Of a stretch of 64,000 bases of DNA, positions 18,891 through 31,332 are shown piece by piece. The DNA lies in NCBI GenBank assembly GCA_964016885.1, contig OZ024741.1, forward strand, positions 350,362,001 to 350,426,000, written 5' to 3'. Below the pieces are notes generated by a model. It had not been told where the DNA came from and ran no database searches. It was given only the letters and a program-made list of their open reading frames with translations. Position numbers and translations under genes: made by a program. The first letter of the stretch is position 1. The number at the start of each line of letters is the position of its first letter. The stretch is from Eledone cirrhosa (Eukaryota).

Positions 18891-20130
18891 AATTAGGCTG
18901 GTGCTTATTCCAATTTCCTTGGTGTTAAGCAACTGAGAGTACAAGACTTCCCCCATGAACATGGTGTCAGTCCATCACAGTGTTAGACACCCAGCTACTG
19001 CTGGTACTATTTCTTTCAGTTAAGTGCACTGGGGCAATATGAAATGGAATGTGTTTAACTCAAGAACAACACAAGACAATCGAACCCATAACATTATGAT
19101 TGTATGTCCAATACCTTAACCACTAAGCTACATGCCTTTATTAGCTCTCTCCCTCTCTGTCGAGAGAGAGAGAGAGCTAGTACATTGGAAGGTAATATCC
19201 GTAGTGGTAGAGCACTCAGTCCATGGGACGAGTTAGGTAGAATGGAAGTGGTTACACAACAGTTAGTTCACCATACCGAGAACAATTGTTTCACCTTAGC
19301 GGATCCTCAGCTCGTAATGGCTAGATGGTTACGAAGCAGAAAATCTGCTTCGTAGAATCGAGACGTATCCGAGGATCACGCGAGATCAGAGTCAGGTTTG
19401 ATCACCACATTGATCGTGCCTTGAGCTGGTCGCCCGAGAAATAATTGTAATATGTCCAATAAATTCCTTTCGTCGCAACACTGATTCTCTTTTTTCTGTG
19501 ATATATATATATAACACATACAGTAGTGGGGGAAATTAGTAATACAGATAACTGTAAGAGAAAGGGAAGGGACGACAGAATAATGCTAGAAGAGAAACTA
19601 TCATATAATCACTCCCCAGAAATACCATCACCAGATATAGAGAAATGTCAAATAGTAACCATCTTGCTTGCTGGTTGTTTATTCTGTATTTAATGATGTG
19701 TTTAAAGTGCAGCAATTAATACAGGTGGCTGCAGCTCTTTAGATTATACTGCACCACAGTGTATGGAAAAAGCCGATGATATGTCGAAATATCAGGCAGG
19801 TAAAGAAATATCATACCACTCTAATGGTTGTTGCTTGTTATACTTTGGCATTCCATTCCCAACTGAAGCCAATGGCCATCCTGTCATGTTTATCAAGCAA
19901 TGTATACCTAGGACTATTCATTATCCAACATATCCCTCCCATTTCAAGATAACTGTGTAATTTGTTGGAAATATGGCAGCTATTTCTAGCAAGTTATGTG
20001 ACATTGTAGAGACTCCCTTGTTTGTTTGTCTCTGTCATGTCAAAATGGTCTGGCCTGCAACACTAAAAATATAAACAAAACAATCGCACTCCACACACCC
20101 TAAGATAACACACAAGGTGAAATGGTCCCA

Positions 20131-20497
20131 CAACACCTTACAATATACACACCACAGTCTGGTCTCAACACCTTACAATATACACACCACAGTCTGGCCT
20201 CAACACCTTACAATATACACACCACAGTCTGGCCTCAACACCTTACAATATACACACCACAGTCTGACCTCAACACCTTACAATATACACACCACAGTCT
20301 GGTCTCAACACCTTACAATAAACACACCACAGTCTGGCCTCAACACCTTACAATATACACACCACAGTCTGGCCCCAACACTTTACAATAAATAAACCAC
20401 AGTCTGGCCTCAACACCTTACAATAAACACACCAGTCTGGCCCCAACACCTTACAATATACACACCACAGTCTAGTCTCAAGACCTTACAATATACA
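20131..20497. repeat. 35-bp minisatellite, ~10 copies
   Basis: Unit CAACACCTTACAATATACACACCACAGTCTGGYCT. Confidence 0.95.
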
Positions 20498-22043
20498 TGC
20501 CAAAGCCAGAATCTCCCTGTGAACTTCACTAAGGATACATGTGTTTGGAATGTTCAGCCACTTACACAATATTTTATAATATGTACTTTCAGGCCAGATG
20601 AGTTCTTATATTAAACTAAATAATAATCCAAATCAAAAAATAAAACAAAGAATATAAAATTGCTGTGGTGAGGTGTAATACATTATCTCCTGGCAATGGT
20701 AATTGTTGTAAACTGTAAATAAAAGTATCTAAATATAATGATGAGCTTCATGTATTTATTTGCTGTCACACTAATGAGAAAGTTTGGAAGACTATCATGA
20801 GATAAGTAGAGAGTGAGTGAGTGATAGCAGAAGTAAAATGAAAGTGAGTGGCAGGATGCAGTAGGTTATCTGTCATGCTTGACTGGAGTAACAAACAAAA
20901 AAAAATAAGAGTGACAATGAAAATGTGCATCTCACATACATTCCTGCACTTGACTAAGTGCTCAGATAGACACCAGCGGCCTGCAGTTCACTTACATTTG
21001 TTCATACACTGGGTGCATTTTATTGCATCAAAACTAGGAAGGTTGTCCTGTATTTGACACACCTGAAAAATACTTCCAAACATTTCTTCTCTTCAGCAGG
21101 CTTTCTATGGTTGAATGCCTTTCTTGAACACCAACACCAGGAAGTTTGTCATGTCTTTGTAATAAACATTATAGCAAAAAGAAAATGTTTTTCATACAAC
21201 AAAACATTCTCTATAATTAATAAACTGCTGTCATTTTTGATAACAGGTTCTCAAGTAAAAATATAAAACGCCAACTTGACTAGTATATGGTTTAGTTGTA
21301 TCTCTCCTAAAATACTTATCAACTACCACACTAGCTTTAGGGAGTCAGAGAAGCATCATCAGCGTGCATAGCTAAGAATTTAAATCCAAAAATTCACAGC
21401 CTTTCTTATCAAACTATCAAGATATCGAGAGAGAAAAAAAAACTTTCCCATACAGATTTCTGGTAAACATCTGCCTTGCCAGCTGATATCATATACGCAA
21501 AGGTATAAAAAACATATATATATATATAGATAGATAGATATACACACACACAAACCACATACCTACACGCAGGCACCCACACACAAGCTACAGATCCATA
21601 TGCACACACAAATATATACACAAACCACATATACCTACACACTAACTATATTTCTACACACATACGCCCCTCCACACACACACAGAGTTATCTTGATTTC
21701 TGCATGTCTATTCCTTCCTCTATCTCTTCCATGAAATCCCAGATTTTCATTTCTTCTCTCTCCTCGCTCTCTCCTCTCTCTCTCTAACTTTCTAACTATT
21801 CTCTCTAACTTATTTGCACTTACAAACACACATGTGTAGGAGTATACATCAGAGTCTGACAGTATGCATCTATGCGAGATAGAGTGTGTGTGCTAGTATA
21901 TGTGTGTGTGTGTTAGTATGTGTATCTTTGTTACGCACACAAGTGGATCTTGTGCATAAATCAGCATAGAAAAACACTAGTACATGCATATTTAGAACCA
22001 CATATATTAATACATATATATAAAGGCTTGACATGTATGTATG

Positions 22044-22087
<44 letters not shown>

Positions 22088-23083
22088 CAAGAGGTTTGTC
22101 CTAAAAGTTAGGGTACTGATGTTTTATTTAAAAGTATATTAGACATACATGAAATTACAAGTTATCTCCTTCAAAATATGACCCTTGGCAAGTCACACAA
22201 TGGTTCCAATGTTTTTTTCATTGATAGCAGCAGTACTGGAAGTCATTTTCTGTGAGTTTTTAAAGCTCGTTGGTTACAATTTTTTGTATGTTTTCCAGTT
22301 CCAAAATGACCCTTCAACTTTGATTCTAAACTTAGGGAAGAGGTAGAAATCACATAGAGCTAGATCTGGGCAGTAGGGGGTGGAGAGTGTAGAAGAGTGG
22401 GAATATTTTTCTTTGACAGAAATTCTCTAATTGAAAGTGCTGTGTGAGCAGACACATTATCGTGGTATAGAACCCAATCTCTTGCAATGTCCTTTTGGAC
22501 TCACTGGACCTATTTTCAAAGTTGCTTTTTGTAGAAGGTGCAATTAACTGTCTGTCTTGGAGGTGAAAATTCTATGTAAACAATACCATGGCTGTCGAAA
22601 AAAAATGATAATCATCCTTTTCACCCTGGATCTGCTCATGTATGTTTTCTTTGAACAAAGAAAACTTTTTGTGTGCCACTCCTCACTTTGCAGTTTTGTC
22701 TCATGATCATACTTGAACACCCATGATTCATCTTATTACTATATCCAGGAAATTTAGCTCAATTTCTTACTTCTCGATAAAATAGCATCTCCATAAGCTT
22801 TTGATAAAGAATTAAATGTTTCAGTGGCAGATTTGTTGTTTTTCATACAAAACTTGATTATGTACCTTCATCTGATATGTTCCTGCATCACAAACATAAA
22901 GGTTGTAAACACGTCCGTACATAAAAACAGCAATAACTCATGACTGGTACAATTGATCATATTGAAACAAGTATGTACGAGCAGCCAAGATCATAACCAA
23001 CATGCCTATATACATCAATGAGGTGCTGCATTACCATGTCGTACATAAGAAAATCAATACCCTTACTTTTGGGATAAACCTCA
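22088..23083 (-). mobile_element. Mariner (Tc1/mariner) transposon remnant with TIRs
   Basis: Imperfect TIRs GAGGTTTGTCCTAAAAGTTAGGGTACTGAT / GAGGTTTATCCCAAAAGTAAGGGTATTGAT flanked by TA; minus-strand PYCPDLALCDFYLFPK and HCVTCQGSYFEGD. Confidence 0.9.
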
Positions 23084-23151
23084 TATATATGTGAACCTAA
23101 TATAACTGTGTAAAATTTGCCTCCTGTGTTTTGTCTGTTCATTTTTCAACT

Positions 23152-23190
<39 letters not shown>

Positions 23191-23698
23191 CATACACACA
23201 CACATACACACACATATATATACACACACAAAAAATCAGCAGAAACGCTTATTTAAAAAGAAATGATGTAATAGTTGAGATGATGACGCTGAGAGAGATG
23301 GGGGGGGGGGGGGTAGAATGAGTAGAATAGCATGGATGTGTCAGAGGAATAATGCTTTGTCACACCCTACCATTTAAACAGCTAGGGAGTATTTTCCACA
23401 CACACATGCACACACGCACATGCATGCACACATACGATGATGATGATACACACTATTTAACACACATGCACACACACACATACAGGCACACATATATACA
23501 GACACATACACACAAAAATATACATATGCATATAATAATCTACTACAAGTAAACACTCAGACATGCTGTGAGGACTGGTTTGGGTTAAAAACAAAAAATA
23601 GTAAATTAAAGTCAATGTGAGCAATATATAATCAGTAAGAGAGCTGTTGATGTTTCAAATCTCTAGTTTTCATTGGCTCTTTCTTGATACCAAGTTCC

Positions 23699-23925
23699 TT
23701 AACCCTTTAGCATTTTCAACCAGTCATATCCGGCCAGAATTCTCTCACCTCTTTCTATTCAAACTGGCCATAACTGGCCACTCATACTGATGTTAAGGTA
23801 TTGTTCTCAAAATAAATATCAAAATCTCATAGATTCGATATTATATGAGATAATTATGTGAGATAAAGCCTTTACCACAAAAATGCAATAGTATATATGG
23901 AGTAATGTAAATGCTAAAGGGTTAA
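23699..23925 (+). mobile_element. piggyBac-type MITE (~220 bp); other copies 42874-43090, 55858-56057, 61118-61528, partial ~15600-15800
   Basis: TTAA-CCCTTTAGCATT ... AATGCTAAAGGG-TTAA termini and a shared internal body. Confidence 0.9.
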
Positions 23926-24344
23926 GAGTATGCTTGGCTCTTTAATACAAAATTTCACATTTTAAGATATTCATAATTAAAGTAACCCTTTTAATGCCAA
24001 CCTTAAGTGGGTGAGTGAGCGAATGTCAGAGGCTGTTTAAGAAAAGCAAACAATGACAGTTGTATATGTCATGCAGTTTAGCAGTCTGACTAACACTAGT
24101 AATATACACCCTAATTTAATAGCAATAAAGTATGGGTTGGAATCAGGTCATAGAAAAACTTATCTAACACACACCAGCATGAAAAATGTGGACGTAAAAA
24201 TGATGATTTATCATTAACTATTTTTTTTTCTTAACATCTTTATTTTGAAACTTTTTGATGCTCCCTACATTAAATAAGTACACACTAACTAAAAAAACTC
24301 AAATTTTTAACATAGTTTAAGCCTAGTTTTAAATTCAAGATAAT

Positions 24345-24560
24345 TTGGAACAAGTCAACAGAGGAAGATGTTTGGCCATGTGCTATGTATGTCCACAAAA
24401 AGACCAATGAAGGCTTCTCCCAAATGAAAATCAAAAGGTGGGTGTAGTAAGCTAGGAAGACATGAGCCTGACCTGAGAGCAGGCCTGTGACAAGGGTTGT
24501 GATTATGAAAAATGGAGATGGCTTCCCCCAATGCTCCATGAGGAGCAAAAAGAACTAAAG
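24345..24560 (+). mobile_element. Very decayed RTE-like LINE 3' end
   Basis: FGHVLCMS...RKTW-like remnant. Confidence 0.45.
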
Positions 24561-24780
24561 AAAAAGGTTATCTTGTTGGCAATGTTTTATATCCATCATA
24601 CAACCATTACAATACATGCACCAAATAAAATATTGAAGTGGAGGTCCACAGTCATACTTTTTACAGCCAGTGACTTACCTCATACATCAAAATGGCTGCT
24701 AATTTTGTTTTGGTTTCTTCACTAATGATAATAATGGCTTGGCAGACAAGAAGATTTCTCAACACAAAGTAACAACTTAA

Positions 24781-24812
24781 ACTTACCTGAAAATAGAAAA
24801 AAAATGAAAATG
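24781..24812 (-). other. Recursive-splice-like site (3' acceptor immediately followed by 5' donor)
   Basis: Minus strand reads TTTTCATTTTTTTTCTATTTTCAG|GTAAGT, junction 24787/24786. Confidence 0.55.
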
Positions 24813-25807
24813 AGTATGACAGAATGTAAAACAGAACAACAAAACAGAAAATTACATACACCTCATTACATGCTGAGAATTATATATAGCTATAAAAAAA
24901 ATATCCTGCTACATCTTTCAAAATTCAAGATATCAATCAAAACACCTAATTCCTAGAACAACTTATCCAGCACAGATAGAAACAAAGTAAGATTCTTCAC
25001 CCACTTATTCCTGGGAAGGTTGTGGAGGAAGTGTCCTCAGACACACTTTCCAGAGGGTCCTATCAGAAGCCACTGTCTCCAATTGATCTGGATGGATTCC
25101 CAAGTGAGACCAACTGAGCTCATGGATGTTATCCAACCATCTTAGGTTTCCTACAGGTTGGCTTTGACCATAAATATCAGCAAGATAACAAGCAAAAACA
25201 ACAAAAACAGAATTAAAGATAGGACATTGATTTATTAGAAAGATGTTGGTCCATGCTTCCCTCTGCTAGTCTTGTGTAAAATATACAATTCTACACTGGC
25301 TTGGAGTAGTGGGTAGACAAGATATTTAGTAACATTGCAGACCTAATCATTTATTCCACTTTGTCTCTAAAAACCAAAAAAGTATAAAGCCTGTCTTAAG
25401 CCCAGAGACTCGTCAAGCCAGTGCTTATCCTGGTTTTCTTGGCATGAAACAACTGAGAGTAAAAGACAAGATGCCGTCCATTGCAGACTTAAACCCCCAG
25501 CTACTGTTGGTGCTTATTTTCAACTGAATATACTAGAGCAACATGAAGTGTTTTGCTCAAGAACACAACCTGATCCAGGAATCAAAGCCACGTCATTATG
25601 CTTGTAAGTCCAACACCCTAACCATTAGTAACAGGTATCACAGTAGAGCTCCAAAGGGAGGCAACAAGCAGTTTGATCATGCAGAAATCCCCTTTTGCTT
25701 CATTTTCATGTCAAAATAAATTTTTTTTGTGGACAATTAAATATTATTTCAAAGATCTGGATGTGAATTTTCTTCTGATATGCTTTTGAACAAAATCTGA
25801 CACTTAC

Positions 25808-25934
25808 CATGCCAGATCCCCTCAATCATACTCGTATTTCCATCCATTTACGCTTGTCCAGTTTTCGTTTTTGACTGGTGAATGGTAACACTAATTTTAG
25901 TTCAATGCACTGGAGCACTATAACTCGATTTGTG
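25808..25934 (-). other. Candidate non-coding (5' UTR) exon of the minus-strand transcript
   Basis: CTGTTATTTTCAG| acceptor and ATG|GTAAGT donor bound 127 nt; all three frames contain stops. Confidence 0.4.
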
Positions 25935-26669
25935 CTGAAAATAACAGTCATGAGAAGACTTTTTTTTTTTTGCTTTATTTTGATATGAAAATCAACCGAG
26001 GTGGGTCAGATAATGGTTATGAAATATAAAAGTGGAAATTTTATCGCTAATTTTCACTTATCGCACATTTTCAAGAGCTTTGTACCAAAGAGACGGTCGA
26101 ACGACTTTCATCAAATCAGACCGGGGAAACAATGTTTCCATTGGTCTTTCCAATTGCTAATACTATCTATCGGTCGCAACTCCAGGTAGAAGGTGCAACG
26201 TGAAATAAAGTGTCTTGCTCAAGGACATAACGCATCGCCCGGTCCGGCAATCGAACTCACAACCTCATGATTGTGAATCCAAAAGAAAGAAAAGTTTCTC
26301 ACAAATTCAATACGACTATTGCTGATCCTGGCCATGAGATAGCACAAAAGCATAAAGTCAATAGGGGAATACCATGGATGCTGATAACGCATATTGGCGC
26401 TATTTGTTGAAACGGCATATTCCGAAACGGGGGAGAGATGAAACAGAACACGAATCCAAGGCTTCAAATATCCAGTTTGAACCAGACTTTCAAGAAATGG
26501 ACGAATTAATTAAGTAAACATATTTCTATAAACAATGCACTAAATTCAGTTACATAGGTCTTCTAGAGCCCCAAATTAGCATGAAATCATATTGAGACTG
26601 TTGTTTATTCCCTCTCGCTGTTTTAACATGTGGAGAGCGAGGTCAGAATTTTCGTTTTTCCTTGATAAC

Positions 26670-29203
26670 TGTAGTGACCTACATTCCGCGGGCTCACATA
26701 CATTCTCTGTGCGTCATTTGGCTCAGCTCAGCCAATCAGCGCCAGAGGAAGAGAATGTATCCCTACGCGTTCTGAGGGAGAACTAGCCCGCGAAGATTTG
26801 AGAAATCTCAGACTCGCAGCTTGACCATGCTAAGGTAAACACCACTTGTTCTTTTGCTCCGTAAGCACAAACAATATGTAACAACAAAACATTCCTACAG
26901 GCCTGGCCAAACGCCTCAGCCAGTCGGCTAAATTGGTGACCCTCGACGATTAAGTAAAAAACGCAGCCTATTTGGATTCGCCATTCGTTTTAATGGCTAT
27001 GTGGAGTGGCTTAACATTTGGAATGTTCGAATCGGGTAGCTAGACTCACTTAGCGTAAGTCCATAAAATTCATTATATTCCATTTGTTGAAGCACGCGGC
27101 CTGCACAATATTTCTGTCATGACTTTCATGGTAACACTAGTAACTCACGCATACAGACGAACACAGAAATACAACACAAAAGAGTTTTTTTCGACGACTA
27201 ACAAAAAATTTCTCTTTTGGATTGAAAATTATGCGATGTCTTCTATCCAGTTGAGGTGGTTTGGTATATTTCAATTAGTTGATAAAATGAGTACGGTGAC
27301 CACCGACTAAGAACAACTTGCCTTGCAAGCATAGTTTGATAAGAACAAAAAAAAAATAAAAAATTTAAAAAAAAGGATTTCTCTGGATATAGAATTTTGC
27401 TTTCAACCTTCTGTTAAAGTTACAAAATGGAGACTCAAAAATGTTGTTTTCCCGCGTACAGCTTGTCTTCTTCAATCCCAGCCGTCTGATTGGCTGCATC
27501 ATGCCACATGACGGCTTCATCACGGACACATTTTTCGATCGGCCATCTTGGGATTTTCATGGAAAATAATTTTTTTTATTATTCAAAATTTTTTAGAAAA
27601 AAATTAGCAGTATTTCAAAAACTTTACGCCACGAGGAAATTTCAAAACGGCTACCACCAAGTACCAGCCATCAGCAGCAACACATGGCTAACTATGAACC
27701 AACACCAGGGAACGACTTGTAACTTTACCGACACAACCACCATACCTTCTGTCTCGTTACTACAAGGACTCGAGAAATTAAGACATTAGTTTTCTCACCA
27801 TTATGGCATCAGACGTGGCTGCCATGTTGGTGACTCTAGGTCCTTCAACGCTAGACTTCAACTCTACAGAAGATTCATTGTGACTTTGCTTTAACAACAA
27901 CAACAACAACTCTACTAGCTCCCTAGTAAGAGCGTTCCCAAAGAAAAAAGAAGCAAACTTTTTGTTAAAAGAAAAGAAACAATTCTTTCTTCCTTTTTTT
28001 TTTCAGGCATTTATTTTGGACATTTATTTTTTTTAAACTGTATTATATGAAAATTCATTTCTCTCTATCATTGTATATGTGACCACACGCACACATTTTC
28101 TTTGCTGTATTACATGCCTGCATATATACACACACCAACATGTTGTTGTCTATGGTATGTGATCTTCAAGGGTCGTAATATTCTGCGAGATCCCTTTTCA
28201 CCTTCTGGAGGTACCAAAACATGCTATCGACACTTGCAGCTTAATTCACCTGCACCGCAACACGAGAATGCTAATTGCAGCTGAACTCAAACAGTTTCAC
28301 ATCTCGTTGCACATTCATCGTCCATAACAACCTCTATCTTGTTATCTTACCCAACTCACCGGGAAAACAACAAATAGAACTGGACTTGTCAGCATTTCCA
28401 CCACTTCTGTGGATTCGCCCGAATTATGGAACTGCAACCCACCTACAGATTCAACTTGCTTTTTCTCTTTTCAAAGCAACCAGCCATTTCTTTCCTGGCT
28501 CCCTAGCACATTCAGCAATACATCTGGGAGGCCAACATTTTCTCGCCTACCCATCATCTTCTTGCCAGCACTGGTAAACTGCCATAATAGCTTCGTCCAC
28601 AGCTACTGGTACAACACTTACCATTAACATTTAATGCAAGAACAGCAACTTCGCCCATGTCAGACTTTATCTGTTTTCTGTTAGACCTTTGGTGGTCACG
28701 TATAAACTAGAAAACAGCTAGTCATTTGACAGCGGCTCAACACGGCCCGTAGCCTCATTTTTTTCTTGCATGCATCTTACTGCTCAATTATTTTTTCACT
28801 GATGTGCTCTTTCAGCATTTGTTCTTGCTGATTCAATAATCTGTATCGACTTCCGTCTAGAAGGGGGTGTGTAAACTGTACTTTGTGGGTCCTTGGCTTC
28901 ATCGTTAACGATTTTCGGCTAAAAATCTGCTCGGAGGTGATGTAGTGACCTACATTCTGCGGGCTCACATACATTCTCTGTGCGTGATTTGGCTCAGCTC
29001 AGCCAATCAGCGCCAGGGGAAGAGAATGTATCCCTACGCGTTCTGAGGGAGAAATAGCACGCAAAGATTTGAGAAATCTCAGACTCGCAGCTTGACCATG
29101 CTAAGGTAAACACCACTTGTTCTTTTGCTCCGTAAGTACAAACAATATGTAACAATAAAACATTCCTACAGGCCTGGCCAAACGCCTCAGCCAGTCGACC
29201 ATA
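26670..29203 (+). mobile_element. Short non-autonomous Gypsy-type LTR retrotransposon
   Basis: 263-bp direct repeats 26670-26932 and 28941-29203 (11 substitutions, no indels, start TGTAG). PBS TGGTGACCCTCGACG, short purine run GGAGGTGA before the 3' LTR, and decayed gag/protease-like remnants inside. Confidence 0.88.
26934..26949 (+). promoter_or_regulatory. Primer-binding site, tRNA-Trp-like
   Basis: TGGTGACCC(T)CGACG versus the known tRNA-Trp PBS TGGTGACCCCGACG, 1 nt after the 5' LTR. Confidence 0.8.
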
Positions 29204-30239
29204 TTTTCTCTTGTAATCTTAATTGAATTATTTCATTTCTCTTGGCAGGCCAGCTTAATTCACTTCTTAACCTTTGTTAATAAATTATGTAAAAACAAGC
29301 TAAAGTCGTTGTCGATATTCCTATCATATCTTTCTACCAAACCTGGTTCCTCGTGGCAACACTACAACTCTCTGAATATAACTCTCTGCTAAATAACTAT
29401 TGATCAAATTTCGCCAATAAAAATTATATTGTGCAATGGATATTGTTTTGTAGACTGTTTAAGTCCGGTGTGATTTTTGTTTTCCAGTTTTGAATAGTCG
29501 GATAATTTGTGGTTTGTTTACATTTTCATAAGTAGAGCCAATTCTCTCTCTCTCCTGCTAACGAGTTTGCTTACAGGAATTAGTTTTTACATTTTGTTGG
29601 GTTTCTTAATCTACATGTAATCGACATTAATAATTAAATAAAATTGAATACTTCTATTGATAAATATCACTAGCACACTTTGGTTAATTTTTAAGTCTCG
29701 GCAAATGTATTCAATTCTCAAACTGATATGATATTTAAGTGTTGGGTTTTGATCAAAAGTATATGAGAAGGAAGTTCACATCCAAAACTTTCAAGTGATA
29801 TATAATTGTCTATGGAAAAAAAATATATTTGTGTGTTGCTCCTTCCACTGAGCTGTACAGGGATACCTATTAAATGAATTGTAAAGCTTCAAACTTACAG
29901 AGAGGATTCAGTTTTATACCTCATACCAGTGTATCAAAACTGAGCCTCCTGCAGATAACAGATTGCAGTTTAGACATGTCTGAAAATGCATGAAAAGCTT
30001 GCGACGGCCTTTAATCACTGTAATTTAATTGTTTATAGCCATTTTTAATAGTCCATTAACATTTTACTGAAATGGTATCATTTATTTAATTTTATATCTA
30101 CTACAAATATTCCAAAACTCAAGTCGCTGTGGCTTGCACTTTTGGGTTTAGCTAGAAAAGACATGAAAAGCTATGCTCGAGTCATGAAATAGACTGTTAC
30201 ATGCAACAAAATAGGTTTTACATAAATATTTGTTATCAC

Positions 30240-30595
30240 TGGCGGTTCACCTTACTGAGGTGTCAGTTAATGCCCTTTGGGTGTGTGTGGTTGTTTCAGC
30301 ACCTTAACCTCGCCATCACCCGTGGTAATGCTGCGAACATATTGGCTTGCCTCAAAATATTCCGTTGACCCTTGTGATGTGTGGCTGATTGTCACACTTG
30401 GTGGTGAATTGATAGTCGTTTTTGTTTCCCCCTTTTTTTTTTCCTTCTTTCTCTCACTCTGGCCATATATTTTGGTGCATTATCTTTGTGAGATTCCTAG
30501 CAATAGTTAATTGTATTTGTTATGTGTTTATATTTGTATTTATCAACATTATATTTGTAATGTTCTTTGTACAACTGTGAATAAAAATATAAATA
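30240..30595 (+). mobile_element. CRE-clade (restriction-like endonuclease) non-LTR element 3' end
   Basis: WLFQHLNLAITRGNAANILAC matches the CRE C-terminal FQRLSxAxQRGNAAS motif; AATAAA at ~30580. Confidence 0.7.
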
Positions 30596-31285
30596 TTTTA
30601 AAAATTAAACTATTCAACAAAATTTCATAAATGAAGTATCAAAATGTTTCTTTTTGAAGACAAAATACAGTAGAAGTTAGATTTTAATATTTTGAAAAAT
30701 TCATAGTAATACCTACTAGTACTTCACTAGTTTCCGCGAATTCTACTGTTTCACTTATTCTCGACTAGTCTGAATTAGTCACTAGACAGAATATTTCCTT
30801 CATACTTAAATATACAAATGAATGACTGAACAAATATAACTACTTTATGTTAGAGGACTTCACAAGTATCGCAAGTAAATCAAACACTAACATTATGTTA
30901 GTGAGGGATAAAGAGAGAAGTATTAAGGTTGTTAATCTAAGATAAAGTAATCACACATGAATGTAAACAAATGTACTACTGCACTATACAACCCCAACAT
31001 CATCATCACCACCATTGAATTGGCTGAGTTCAAATCCCGCCGAGGTTAACTTTGCCTTTCATCCTTACGGGGTCGATAAAATAAAGTACCAGTAATGTAC
31101 TGTGATAATTGTTGGCCTTGTGCCAAAAGTAGAAACAATTATTATTCATATGTCAATACATTCACCTAATATATATATATATACCTTTTAGATAAATTAA
31201 TTGAGAGAGAAAGAAAGAGAGAGAGAGAGAGAGCGCGCAAACACACACTATGTGCACTTTAAAATAAGCCAAATATAATTAGCAC

Positions 31286-31332
31286 TGGAAGATTTCAAGT
31301 TATATATTTTATATATAACTTGAAATCTTCCA
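31286..31332. repeat. Perfect 22-bp-arm hairpin
   Basis: TGGAAGATTTCAAGTTATATAT-TTT-ATATATAACTTGAAATCTTCCA. Confidence 0.9.

Noticed and set aside
27620-27670. NGYHQVP resembling the Gypsy RT GYHQI motif
   Set aside because: Lies upstream of the gag-like remnant (wrong order) with no other RT motifs; likely chance
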